The notes beneath the pieces are model-generated. The model was not told where the DNA came from, ran no database searches, and saw only the letters and a list, made by a program, of their open reading frames with translations. From Azolla caroliniana (taxonomy: Eukaryota > Plantae > Polypodiophyta): a DNA stretch of 64,000 bases. The position numbers and the translations under genes are program-made. Location: assembly GCA_043228905.1 (NCBI GenBank), contig JBHGNT010000119.1, forward strand, positions 1 to 64,000, read 5' to 3'. Below, piece by piece: positions 50,801 to 59,534 of this stretch (its first letter is position 1; each line of letters starts with the position of its first letter).

Positions 50801-51071
50801 CCGACAGTGCCATCGCTTCTTCTTCGTCTGCTGCTGCCTGTGGTCTGAGGTCGGGGTGTAGGTGTTCTGCGCGTCGGATCTTGCTGTCTTGAGCCTGCGT
50901 TTGCTTGTGGGAAAATTCGTAAAAAGTGAACCCTTCCCCGGTTCTTCCTTTATATAGTGGCATTTCCCTCGGGCCGCCTTTTCCTGTTTTTCGCGCGTGC
51001 GTATCTTCTGCCATAATTAGCATCTCACTTTTTAATTTCGGCGTCTGCACGTCCTCTGCCTCGAATAGCAT
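47898..51071 (-). CDS. Extra ORF of the Athila-like element in env position: globular N-terminal domain, low-complexity linker, long coiled coil, acidic tail; likely start MALSDG at 50813
   Basis: 1057-codon open frame between pol and the 3' LTR, same strand as pol; heptad-like E/K/R/Q/L-rich segment; no obvious transmembrane helix. Confidence 0.85.
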   Translation of the reverse strand: MLFEAEDVQTPKLKSEMLIMAEDTHARKTGKGGPREMPLYKGRTGEGFTFYEFSHKQTQAQDSKIRRAEHLHPDLRPQAAADEEEAMALSDGARQWLTKNGLGGLLRVADAPPHKEPEQVATTVDLAEVTEGAVQALTGISEGGLQTIELPSSQIFFEYFGEYSLSSKAYRTQGGENLLFGEVARALMEYGFVNPRPAAIAKYRATIVIATFEGLQVDWLHFITEGLKEAIKHLVEGKKPWAGISQWLTVLVPPVSPIKHKQRSRQETTPKQTMKRRRILEKHTPGWTQEEEAPREEGSSRQPRKEGSSRQPREEDSSRQQREEGPSWQPQKQQQQPTTKKKKAEKGKEKLAKKTSKRQTDTEPVTLESEPVPVKEPIVAPTEDAETEEDSSEPMLILPPRQGKEKRATRLTPTADGTQQRAKEPPPVTGTEATQDEGPSAPETAVPEPTAAEFEEQRKEQAPEQEKRPEKQPEKQPELGTPADTNEGRTKAQWLRWLSGQLSGVADQMEEEEEQREEVTRTMTKDMVMLRAQLHELQEELAQAKEGSRQAQDGTEPVGTSEKQAEPETERALQTGPETEKLIATLKEELQAQEALRDNEREQRKLVEDDRRRMEEGLRRSKATNDRLQEENGTLQKEKDRLRRRMEQEIERLREELRQQKDRDDQLRAQANRRLKQKTEEFDRLCKDYKQATSDIKNQAATYDRQIEKLKEQLKENRLELSKAREEVSAEKTLTSEQRKEMEVLRQKVGELTKSRNEEKVKLTFEINKWRSTCDKQKVDSEAQAQLMADIIKRIRKEKQAASEQAKAGVGRIKFIMSSWSTRAQASINESTEKLWREWAQQAAELQILRADAENRKKNGDGFYKMDEESIVNIREELSEDFYALAEEHLKEMRGLVERLDDGQLETQLELEGFEKDRLRQEAEGHTTPISISEGERPAEEDPTNNVPRQELPEEELPEQEQVDAGDDAEWRQRSTESGEERTQPVETGESDTGNGTEVEQDRPGQDTEETPVPPVQAESEQQDAKRQPIQSDVGDGTGKTTLETSERSLPDNLEED

Positions 51072-51389
51072 GTCCTATTTTTGGCGCCTGCGCATGCCCT
51101 GTCATGAATAGCATGTCTGTCCTTTGCTGCCGCGTGTCCTGCTTGCGCTTCTTTGCCGCGTGTGTCGAATCTCCTACGTGTCTGTCATTATGACTCCTTG
51201 ATTGCCGCACGTATTAAGTCCTGTACCTCGGCGCCCCCACGTTCTGTGCTTTAAATAGCTCGTGCACCCGTGTGACGGTTGTAACTACTCCCTTCATCAT
51301 TCCCATGATTTTCTTGATCTTCTTGTCTTGACTTTTCTTCCCGTAGCTCCACGTCATTCTTTTTTTTTTTTTTAAAAGCATATGCCGCA

Positions 51390-54300
51390 TCATTGTTCGG
51401 TTCCCCCCGATGTGTTCGGGTCGGTGCGCACTGTTGTCGGTTCCTCGCCATTCGGGTTTTCCGGGTCTTGCTTGAAGGGGTTAGCTGGCATGTGCCCCTT
51501 ATACGGTTTTAGGCGAAACCCATTTGCCCATTTGCCCACAACTTCTCCTGACAACGTCCCGAGCTGGTAAGACCCATTGTACTCCTTTGTGATCCAGAAT
51601 GGTCCGGTCCATCGAAATCGCAATTTCCCCGGCATGTTCCCCATCCGTGTCTGGAACAGCAATACTGGTTTCCCGACTTCGAATTCCTTTTCGTTACCGC
51701 GCCGATGTCGGTCTACAAAGGCTTTCCTCCTCCTTTGCTCTAGTTCTAGCTGTAGCAGGCTGGCTATTCGATTCTCTTCCAGTTCCGACAGCATCGCCAG
51801 CCGGATTCGTTCGGATTCCTTCTCGCTTAACCGCTCCTTAACCTGTATTCTTAAGCTAGGAATTTGGAATTCTACTGGCATGACTGCTTCCAAGCCGAAT
51901 GCCAGTCGGAACGGGGTCGTCCGGATGCTAGTCTTGTACGCCGTTCGGTACGCCCACAGCACGCTCTGCAACTTCGTGTCCCAGTCGGTCCGGTTCTCAT
52001 TGACGATTTTTCTAAGGATGTTCTGTAGCGTTTTATTCGTTGATTCCGCTAATCCGTTGGCTTGAGGGTAGTAGGGAGTGCTTCGTTTGTGTACTACCGC
52101 ATAGAATGAGGTCAAACTTTCCACCACCTGCCCGAGGAAATGTCCTCCCTGGTCACTGATCAGCTCAATCGGGCATCCGTACCGACACCATATGCATTCA
52201 TATAAAAATTTGGCCGTGGACGCCGCCGTGTTGTCCCGTAGTGCCTTTGCTTCTACCCATTTGGTGCAGTAGTCGATAGCCACTATTATATACCGATTTC
52301 CGGTTCGCATTGCCGGTGGCTTGAAGGGGCCGACAAAGTCTAAGCCCCACTTTTGGAATGGTTCTAATGGCAAGACCGGGTGATGTGGCATCCGGGCCTG
52401 CTCCGTGGGTTGGCCCAGTCGTTCACACAGGTCGCATTCCCTGCTATACTTAACGGCATCTCTCATGGTAGTCGGCCACCATAGTCCGCTCTGCCATATC
52501 TTCCGGGCTGTTGTTTCGCCGGCGTAATGCCCGCCTGCAATTCCACAGTGGGCTTCCCTCAGGATCAGATCCTTTTCATCGCTCCGCACTGCTCGCCTCC
52601 ATACGCCATCTGCCCCCTTGTGATAGAGGGTGTCTCCTACCAAGCAGAAATGTCTGCTCCGTACTGCCATCCTCTTTCGTTCGTCTCGGTCCAGGTTTTC
52701 CGGGGGAACTCCGGTGCTCAGGAACTGATGCATTTCGGTTAACCATTTGTCTTCGTCCGCTACTGTGGTCTCCGTTGCCGGTGCCGTCGTGACCTTAAAC
52801 AGCTCGGCGTCGGGAAATTCGTCCTCTACGCCGTCCCCTGATTCTCCGGATTCTAGCCTGCTCAGGTAGTCTGCTACCGCATGCTGCACCCCGGCTCGGT
52901 GGAAAATGTCGAATTCGAATTCCTGTAATAGCAGCGTCCATCGTGCGAGTTTTCCTGTCAGGGCTGCCTTTGAGACCAGGTAGAGTAGTGCCGAGTGGTC
53001 AACGTGGAAGGAGAACTTTCGTCCGAGCAGATAGTGCCTGTACTTTGTGACGCTGTACACCATTCCTAATGCCTCTCGTTCCGTTGTAGAGTAGTTCCGT
53101 TCGGCTTTCGAGAGTTTCCTGCTTGCGTAGTACACCGGCCGATACCATTTCGGTTCCGTGAGTTGCATCAAAACGCTGCCGATTGCTACGTCCGACGCGT
53201 CGACGAAGACGTGAAAGCTTTTACTCCAGTCCGGCGGCTGCACCACCGGAGCTTGTGACAGCATGACCTTCAACGCTTGGTAGGCTGCCTCCTCCGTTTC
53301 TGTCCATTGGAAAGGTACTCTATGTACAGCAGCGTGCAATGGTGTCGCAAAGTCGGCAAGGTGCCGTATCATCCGACTATGCCACCTTATTTGACCAAGG
53401 AATCGGCTTAAAGCTTTTGCGCTATTCGGTGCCGGTGCGTCGAGAATTGCTTTTACCTTATCCGGATCTACCGCGATTCCTTCTCGACTCACCACGTGGC
53501 CTAACAAATTGCCGCTTGCGACTCCAAAGACGCACTTAGCCGGGTTCAGACTTAATCGGTACTCGCGGCACTTTTCTAAGCATAGTCGTAGGTGATCGAG
53601 ATGCTCTCTGTGTCGGCTGTAGACGGCGAAATCGTCTAGGAAGACCTGCATAAAACCGGGAATAAAATCACCGAAGATTTCCATAATTATCCTTTGAAAT
53701 GTTGCAGGGGCTGTCTTTAATCCGAACATCATCACGACCGCGACGAACACTCCCCATTCCGTCACGAACGCTGTTTTCTCTTGGTCGGCCGGGTTCATTC
53801 GGATTTGGTTGTAGCCGCTGAATCCGTCCAGGAAGCTGTAAACTTCGTGGCCGGCCACCGCATCTAGCACTCCGTCCGTGAATGGTAGTGGAAAAGCGTC
53901 GGTCACTGTCGCGGCATTTAGTTTCCTGTAGTCCACACATACCCGGATTTTGCCGTTCTTTTTCGGGACCACCACTATCGGGCTTAGCCAGGTTGCCTGC
54001 TTGACTGGTCGGATAAATCCGACCCGGAGGAGCTTGTCAATTTCCTCCTTCACCTTTGCCGCATAGTTTGGATTCATCCGGTACCGACGTTGAGCGATGG
54101 GTTTCGCGTCAGTACTTAGATGAATTTGGTGCTGGTAGAGCTGGGGGTCCAACCCTCGCATGTCTTCGTATGACCATGCGAACACGTCCTTGAAATCCGT
54201 TAACAGTGCTACCATTGCCTGTTTTTCCTCCTTCGGCAATTCCTTCGCGACTTTTACCGGTCGGGGTTGTTCTGTTGTGCCGAGGTCCACCTCTTCCAGC

Positions 54301-57155
54301 TGGGATGCTTTCACCCTTTGGGATATCGTCATTTCTCTTTCTAGGGCTTCCTGTGCTTGGCGTAGTTCCCGGATCGCCACCTTGTCCGGTTCGTCCGGCA
54401 TTGTGATGTACGGCTCTACTGCTGCCGTGATATCCACCTCAAAAAGTGGGACGATCTGTGGGTGTTCCTCGAGGTACCGATCAACTTCCTCGTCCGGTAA
54501 GCCCTCCAACATGTTGATGCTTTCGGCATATAAAGGGGTTGCCTCCTTGCTAGTGAGCACCCGTGGTTGCGTGGCTACCCGTACCTTTGTTTTCCCTCGT
54601 CGGAACATGATCATATTCTTTTGCCAGTTTTGCTTGATATGCGCCGTTCGCAGCCATGGTCTTCCTAACAGTAGGGGATATGCGCCTTGTACCTTCAGCT
54701 CTAGTACCACGGCCGATATTCGGAATACGTGGCCTCCTATTGTTACTTCCAAGTCCCGGATAAGACCGGTTGGTCGGACTGAGCTTGTATCCGCCATGCG
54801 TAACCAGAAGGGGCATGGTTCCCACTCCTGGATGCCTAGGTCGTCGCATGTCTGTCGACTAATGACGTTCACCCCGGAGCCTCCGTCAATAATTGTTCCT
54901 GGAATCTCCTTTCCTTTGACGATTGTCGTGATTGCTGGGCTACTGGTATCAACCACCGCTGGGCCTTCCTCCGGGTTGGAGAAAAATGCCGGTGCTGGCG
55001 TCGGCGTCGGTTTACGCACGGCAGCTTGTAAGTCTGCTGTAAACCTCGGCACCAACTGCAGTAACCGTGCCAACGGCAGCACGATCTGACAATCTTGTAG
55101 TGCTTGCCATGTCGGGTTTTCTCCTGGCTGTACGATTTCCTCCTCCCTTGGCATATTTTGGTTTCTTACTTCCGCCGCACCTTGTTCGTTGGCTTCTTTG
55201 ATCCATTGTGCCGCTTGTTTTCTGATTGCTTCCTGGGCTTCCCATTCGGCGGCCTTCCCCTTCGACCGTGTGGTAACCTGCTGTACTTCGGCTGTCACCA
55301 TGTTGACTGCTGGCTGCTTGTCGGCTGTTTTGCTTGGGCATTGATTACTGTAATGCCCTTCTTTTCGGCAGTAATAACAGTGCACCCTGTGCGTGTTGCT
55401 AGATTCTCCTTTTTCCCATGTTTGGGGGAGGGGCATTCCCCGGCGGTTGTCCTCGGTTTTTCGGTTCTCCGGTGCCGCTACTGGTTTGTCGTTCCTTGTT
55501 GCCTCCCGACGCTCCTCTCTACGGAAGAATCCACGCCTTTGGTTCCGTCGGAAATTCCGGTTCCCTGGCCGCCTTTCTTCTCTGCGTCGCTCGTATTCCG
55601 GGGATTCGTCTCGGTCGTACCGGTCCCGGGGGTAGCTATCCCTTCGGTTCTCCTCTCGGTCATAGCTGTCGCGTCTTCTATCGGGGTATCTGTCGCCGCG
55701 TTCTCGTCGGTAGCGGTCGTCCCTCCGGAATCGATCCTCTTCCGGGTCCCGATTGCGCGGTTCTATGTGTCGGACCGGTGCTGCTTGTCGAGTTAACAGG
55801 TTATACTCGCATCGGTTCGTTGTGTGGGCGCGAGAATTGCATATCATGCACTGTGCACGCAGGGTGCAGTCGACGGTCGAGTGCCCCGCATTTAGGCATG
55901 TTGTGCATTGTAGTGCTTGTCGGAACCGGAGGTCCTCCTCCTTCGGCAGCGCCTGGTGTAACGCCCCCATCGGCAGGAAGGGGCTCGTGTTGTCCATTTC
56001 CAGGACCCGATCAATGACTTGGTCCATTGTGCTGGTGCTGAAATCGAGGATTCCACACATCGCTCGAAGTGGGTCTTTTAACGCAGCCAAAAAGACTGCC
56101 TTGGCCTCCTCTTCGGGTGGTGCTCTTGCTAATTGACTGTGCAAGGTCTGGAAACGAATGATAAATTGTGGGACCGTCTCGTTTTCTCCCTGCCGAGTGG
56201 TGTAGAATTGTCCGACCAATTCCCTTTGTTCCACTCGTCTATGAAACAAGCGTAAAAACTGGGTTTTCAATGCCTCGAACGTGGCGAAGCTGCCTGGTAA
56301 GTGCTTTGCGTGCCACCGGGCCGCCGGTCCTTCTAATGTCATGCCGAATTCGGCGATTTTGGATCGGTCGGCCTCGGGCTCCGTCAATCTCTGGGACACG
56401 TGGTTGGCTTCCCATGTTCGCAGGAATGCATACACATGTGCCTCTCCGTCGGGCTCATCCCGATACTTTGGGTACGGATACGGCATCGTGTCGTCCCACT
56501 GATTCTCCTGCGCTGGTTCCTCCGATGTCGGTCTCCGCTCCTGCGGTTCCTCCGCAGGTGGTGTTGGTATCCGCTCCTGCGGTTCCTCCGCGGGTGGTGT
56601 TGATAACCGCTCCTGCGGCTCCTCCGCGGGTGGTGTTGGTATCCGCTCCTCCCTCCTCGGCGATTGCCGGTCACCGAACTCCAGAGTTATTTCCTCCTCT
56701 GGCTCCGATGTTGCTGAGTGATCCGACTCAAAGGGGTTGTTCTCGTGGCTGCTTTTATAGCGGGATCCCACGCTTTCCCCGCTATCTGAATCCGCCTCTA
56801 ATGTTGCAAATGCCGCTGCGTCCCCGTCGCCGCCGGCGAGAGTCTGTAGTAGTGTCTCCGCTTCTTGGAGGCTGGTTATGCTACTGCCTTCGTCGGAAGC
56901 TTGTAGAACCTGGAACTGCAGTGCTTCTTCTGCGATTTGCCGAAGCGTTTTTGAGAATGACCGATCGCGCCGGATCTCGTCGACGGCTTGCTGCAGGGCT
57001 TCCCGTCGTCGCTGCCGTTCGGCGTGGCGTCTCCCTCTTTCGGTGATGTGGTCGTTATTTTGTCTAGACATCCATCCCCCGGTTGTCCTCTGCACTCTGC
57101 AGGAATCGTGGTCGCCAAAATAGTGTTGTATGTATGGCTGGACTAGCCTCAACAC
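51390..57155 (-). CDS. Gag-Pol polyprotein (gag, 3 CCHC knuckles, PR, RT, RNase H, IN); true start probably an internal ATG such as MSRQ at ~57071
   Basis: 1921-codon open frame; IDGGSGVN; CVDYRKLN, FLDGFSGYNQI, FLDDF; TEREALGMV; GLDFVGP, SDQGGHF, YYPQANGLAE. Confidence 0.95.
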   Translation of the reverse strand: MLRLVQPYIQHYFGDHDSCRVQRTTGGWMSRQNNDHITERGRRHAERQRRREALQQAVDEIRRDRSFSKTLRQIAEEALQFQVLQASDEGSSITSLQEAETLLQTLAGGDGDAAAFATLEADSDSGESVGSRYKSSHENNPFESDHSATSEPEEEITLEFGDRQSPRREERIPTPPAEEPQERLSTPPAEEPQERIPTPPAEEPQERRPTSEEPAQENQWDDTMPYPYPKYRDEPDGEAHVYAFLRTWEANHVSQRLTEPEADRSKIAEFGMTLEGPAARWHAKHLPGSFATFEALKTQFLRLFHRRVEQRELVGQFYTTRQGENETVPQFIIRFQTLHSQLARAPPEEEAKAVFLAALKDPLRAMCGILDFSTSTMDQVIDRVLEMDNTSPFLPMGALHQALPKEEDLRFRQALQCTTCLNAGHSTVDCTLRAQCMICNSRAHTTNRCEYNLLTRQAAPVRHIEPRNRDPEEDRFRRDDRYRRERGDRYPDRRRDSYDREENRRDSYPRDRYDRDESPEYERRREERRPGNRNFRRNQRRGFFRREERREATRNDKPVAAPENRKTEDNRRGMPLPQTWEKGESSNTHRVHCYYCRKEGHYSNQCPSKTADKQPAVNMVTAEVQQVTTRSKGKAAEWEAQEAIRKQAAQWIKEANEQGAAEVRNQNMPREEEIVQPGENPTWQALQDCQIVLPLARLLQLVPRFTADLQAAVRKPTPTPAPAFFSNPEEGPAVVDTSSPAITTIVKGKEIPGTIIDGGSGVNVISRQTCDDLGIQEWEPCPFWLRMADTSSVRPTGLIRDLEVTIGGHVFRISAVVLELKVQGAYPLLLGRPWLRTAHIKQNWQKNMIMFRRGKTKVRVATQPRVLTSKEATPLYAESINMLEGLPDEEVDRYLEEHPQIVPLFEVDITAAVEPYITMPDEPDKVAIRELRQAQEALEREMTISQRVKASQLEEVDLGTTEQPRPVKVAKELPKEEKQAMVALLTDFKDVFAWSYEDMRGLDPQLYQHQIHLSTDAKPIAQRRYRMNPNYAAKVKEEIDKLLRVGFIRPVKQATWLSPIVVVPKKNGKIRVCVDYRKLNAATVTDAFPLPFTDGVLDAVAGHEVYSFLDGFSGYNQIRMNPADQEKTAFVTEWGVFVAVVMMFGLKTAPATFQRIIMEIFGDFIPGFMQVFLDDFAVYSRHREHLDHLRLCLEKCREYRLSLNPAKCVFGVASGNLLGHVVSREGIAVDPDKVKAILDAPAPNSAKALSRFLGQIRWHSRMIRHLADFATPLHAAVHRVPFQWTETEEAAYQALKVMLSQAPVVQPPDWSKSFHVFVDASDVAIGSVLMQLTEPKWYRPVYYASRKLSKAERNYSTTEREALGMVYSVTKYRHYLLGRKFSFHVDHSALLYLVSKAALTGKLARWTLLLQEFEFDIFHRAGVQHAVADYLSRLESGESGDGVEDEFPDAELFKVTTAPATETTVADEDKWLTEMHQFLSTGVPPENLDRDERKRMAVRSRHFCLVGDTLYHKGADGVWRRAVRSDEKDLILREAHCGIAGGHYAGETTARKIWQSGLWWPTTMRDAVKYSRECDLCERLGQPTEQARMPHHPVLPLEPFQKWGLDFVGPFKPPAMRTGNRYIIVAIDYCTKWVEAKALRDNTAASTAKFLYECIWCRYGCPIELISDQGGHFLGQVVESLTSFYAVVHKRSTPYYPQANGLAESTNKTLQNILRKIVNENRTDWDTKLQSVLWAYRTAYKTSIRTTPFRLAFGLEAVMPVEFQIPSLRIQVKERLSEKESERIRLAMLSELEENRIASLLQLELEQRRRKAFVDRHRRGNEKEFEVGKPVLLFQTRMGNMPGKLRFRWTGPFWITKEYNGSYQLGTLSGEVVGKWANGFRLKPYKGHMPANPFKQDPENPNGEEPTTVRTDPNTSGGTEQ
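56510..56652 (-). repeat. 36-bp coding tandem repeat (ERIPTPPAEEPQ, ~3.5 units) in the gag N-terminal region
   Basis: Visible in both the DNA and the translation. Confidence 0.9.
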
Positions 57156-57499
57156 AGGTGTCTATCCGACACTTCTCCAAAGGGGTGGTAGGGATAGAAT
57201 GTTAATACACGCGTATGATAATTACACTTAAGCACAGACGAAGACAAGATTAATCAGCATAAGCAAAACTATATTAATTCTTCGCCCCTTCATTACAAAA
57301 CATCGGATCCTTTTATAGGCATCCGGCCAGATTACAATCGGTGCTCGGTAGGCAACCGTTAACCGAAACCGAATCGGTTCGGATCCGGATCGGTTACAAC
57401 TACCGGATCCGTCCCTCCTAATAATTCTATTCCTATTTCTATATTTATCCGATCCGACCTTGCTTTCCCATTTGCCTTCTCTGACCGGCCAACACCGGA

Positions 57500-59435
57500 A
57501 GAGAGGCGTCTTGCCGGGTTCCCTCGAGTGGCGATGCCGAGCATCCATGCGGAGGTGCTCGAGGTACGGGCGGAGAGTCGTACCTGGGAGGAGTTCGAAG
57601 GCCGACTCCTAGAGAAATATGGGCCGGACGACGCGCTCTGGCTTTCGAAACGGGACTTCATGGAATGGGTGGAGTCCCCCGGCAAAGGAAGAAACGCGTC
57701 GGCACTCCTCCGGGAGTTCGAAGAACACTTTGCGCGCCTTTCGGCGCTTGACCGAACTATCCTGGATACGAGCCGGGTCCTACTGTTCGTCAAGTCGGTG
57801 GACGAGCGGGACCGGGATCAAGTCGGCTCCTTGCTGGAAACCGAAGACGGGTTGACAACCGACTGGGCTGCGGTTAAGAGAGTCTGTGGCCGTTTCGACA
57901 AACGGCGAGAATGGGCTGACAACGGGGCGGCCGGTGCGGGCTCTGTTACAGCAAGGAGGCTTGAACCGGCGCCGCAAGTACGAAGGGAAGAAACCCGGGA
58001 ATGGCTTGAAACCGCTCTGGCTTCGACCGTCATGGTCAATGGCTCGTCCAGAGGAGCAGCGCTGGAGGAGTTGACGCGGGTGATAAAGGATCTCCAGATC
58101 GCCCAGACTCGAAGGGAAGGCGGCGAACCGGCTCGTGACCGACGGCCGGCAGCGGGGAACAGGTGCATGTGGTGCGACGAGGTCGGCCACATTCGGAAGG
58201 ACTGCGGCGATTTCGCAGAGGCGTTGAGAAACCGGGTGGTGTACCTATGGGAAGGCCAGGTGCACGCTGGCGACACCAGGAGGGCCCTGAGCCGAAACGA
58301 CGGGCGAGGAGGTATGAAGAGACTGATGGAAGAGGCAGCGGCCCGACACGTGGAGGCCATCCACTACTCGGCGTCGGCCGGTATTCGGGTCGGGGGCAGC
58401 GAGACCCGAAAGGAGAGCAAAGACGGTTTCTGGTCGGCAATGCTGGAAGGCCTCGCCGGCGCGCGACTGAGGAAAGATGAAACGGACCACGCTGAGAGAC
58501 GGGTCCGGGAAATAACCGGGTGGAGCGATCCGGTCGAGGAGAAGACGGGCTTCATAGAAGCCGCTTGCCAGAAGTACGAGGCTCTGGTAGAAGAGAAACG
58601 AGTGGGGAAAGCCGGAGCGACCGGGCCCTCACAACGGTACGAGACCCGATTCGGACAACGACGGAACGATGCCGGTGGGCCCTGCCCGCAAGATAACCCC
58701 AGGAAGGGCGGGTACCGACTGGGGACAGAAATAGAAAGGACTACGGACCTACGGAAGGTCCTAGAGGAACGGATCCTCGACAACAAAGTGGAGATGTCAT
58801 TGCGAGAGGTGCTAGGGATCGCCAAGAAGGAATTCCACGACTCCATTGTGGACCTGGTGAAACGGAAGAGGCTGTCAATGGAGACGGATCCGGAAAGACC
58901 GGTAGAGGTGCGGACAACGCACATCGACGACTCGGCGCTGGCAGATGAGTGGGCGGAGAGCCACTATTCGAGGCCACACTGGGCCCAAGCGACCACGGAG
59001 ACCCCGGTAAAGATCGGAGATGTTCGGGAACCGGTGGTGGCATTGGTGGACCACGGTTCGGAAATAAACCTAATGTCCATGGACTTCTATAAGAAGGGGA
59101 AGTGGCCGATCAACACCAAGCACGGGTGGAAGATACGGGCGGCGACGCGCGCCACCGAGGAACTGCATGGGGCCTGCCCGAACGTGCGAGTCAAGATCGG
59201 CGACGTCGAGATTGACCAGCACTTCTTCGTACAGGAAACGTCTTCGCACCCGGTCATATTAGGTGAACCATACATCACGGCGGCGCGAATGGAGACCAAG
59301 GTGCTAGACAACGGTTCGGCCTACGCAAGGGTCAAAAGCCAGGACGGGCGCCATTCGGTCCAATTTCTGACCGTGAGACCGAACCACGAGCGGAACCGCG
59401 AATCCCTTGGTGGCGAGAACCGGGAGGATTTTTAG
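57500..59435 (+). CDS. Gag-protease ORF of ACGT-family copy 1; N-terminus at 47286-47476, separated by the Athila-like insertion
   Basis: CMWCDEVGHIRKDC; VALVDHGSEINLMS; VILGEPYI; ends REDF*. Confidence 0.88.
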
Positions 59436-59534
59436 AGAGGGCTGCCAAGGCGTGGGGCCGAGGCAGTCCGGACACTCGGGAAAGACCCCACAGCTGTACG
59501 AAGGAACAGAAACCGAAGAAACCTTGTACGATAG

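Larger units (their letters stand above)
47477..57494 (-). mobile_element. Intact, very young non-chromoviral (Athila-like) Ty3/gypsy. 371-bp LTRs 57124-57494 and 47477-47847, TSD CCGGA, PBS TGGCGACCAC (57108-57117, probably tRNA-Arg)
   Basis: ccgga at 47472-47476 and 57495-57499; no LTR differences found by eye; two long uninterrupted ORFs. Confidence 0.97.

Noticed and set aside
54160-57046. Long plus-strand ORFs (199-309 aa) opposite the Athila-like gag-pol
   Set aside because: Antisense shadows of a GC-rich coding strand with no recognisable motifs
59433-59534. MuLV-type stop-codon readthrough at the gag-PR TAG
   Set aside because: The 0 frame closes again at 59532-59534, and within 10 codons in copy 2, whereas the -1 frame is open in both
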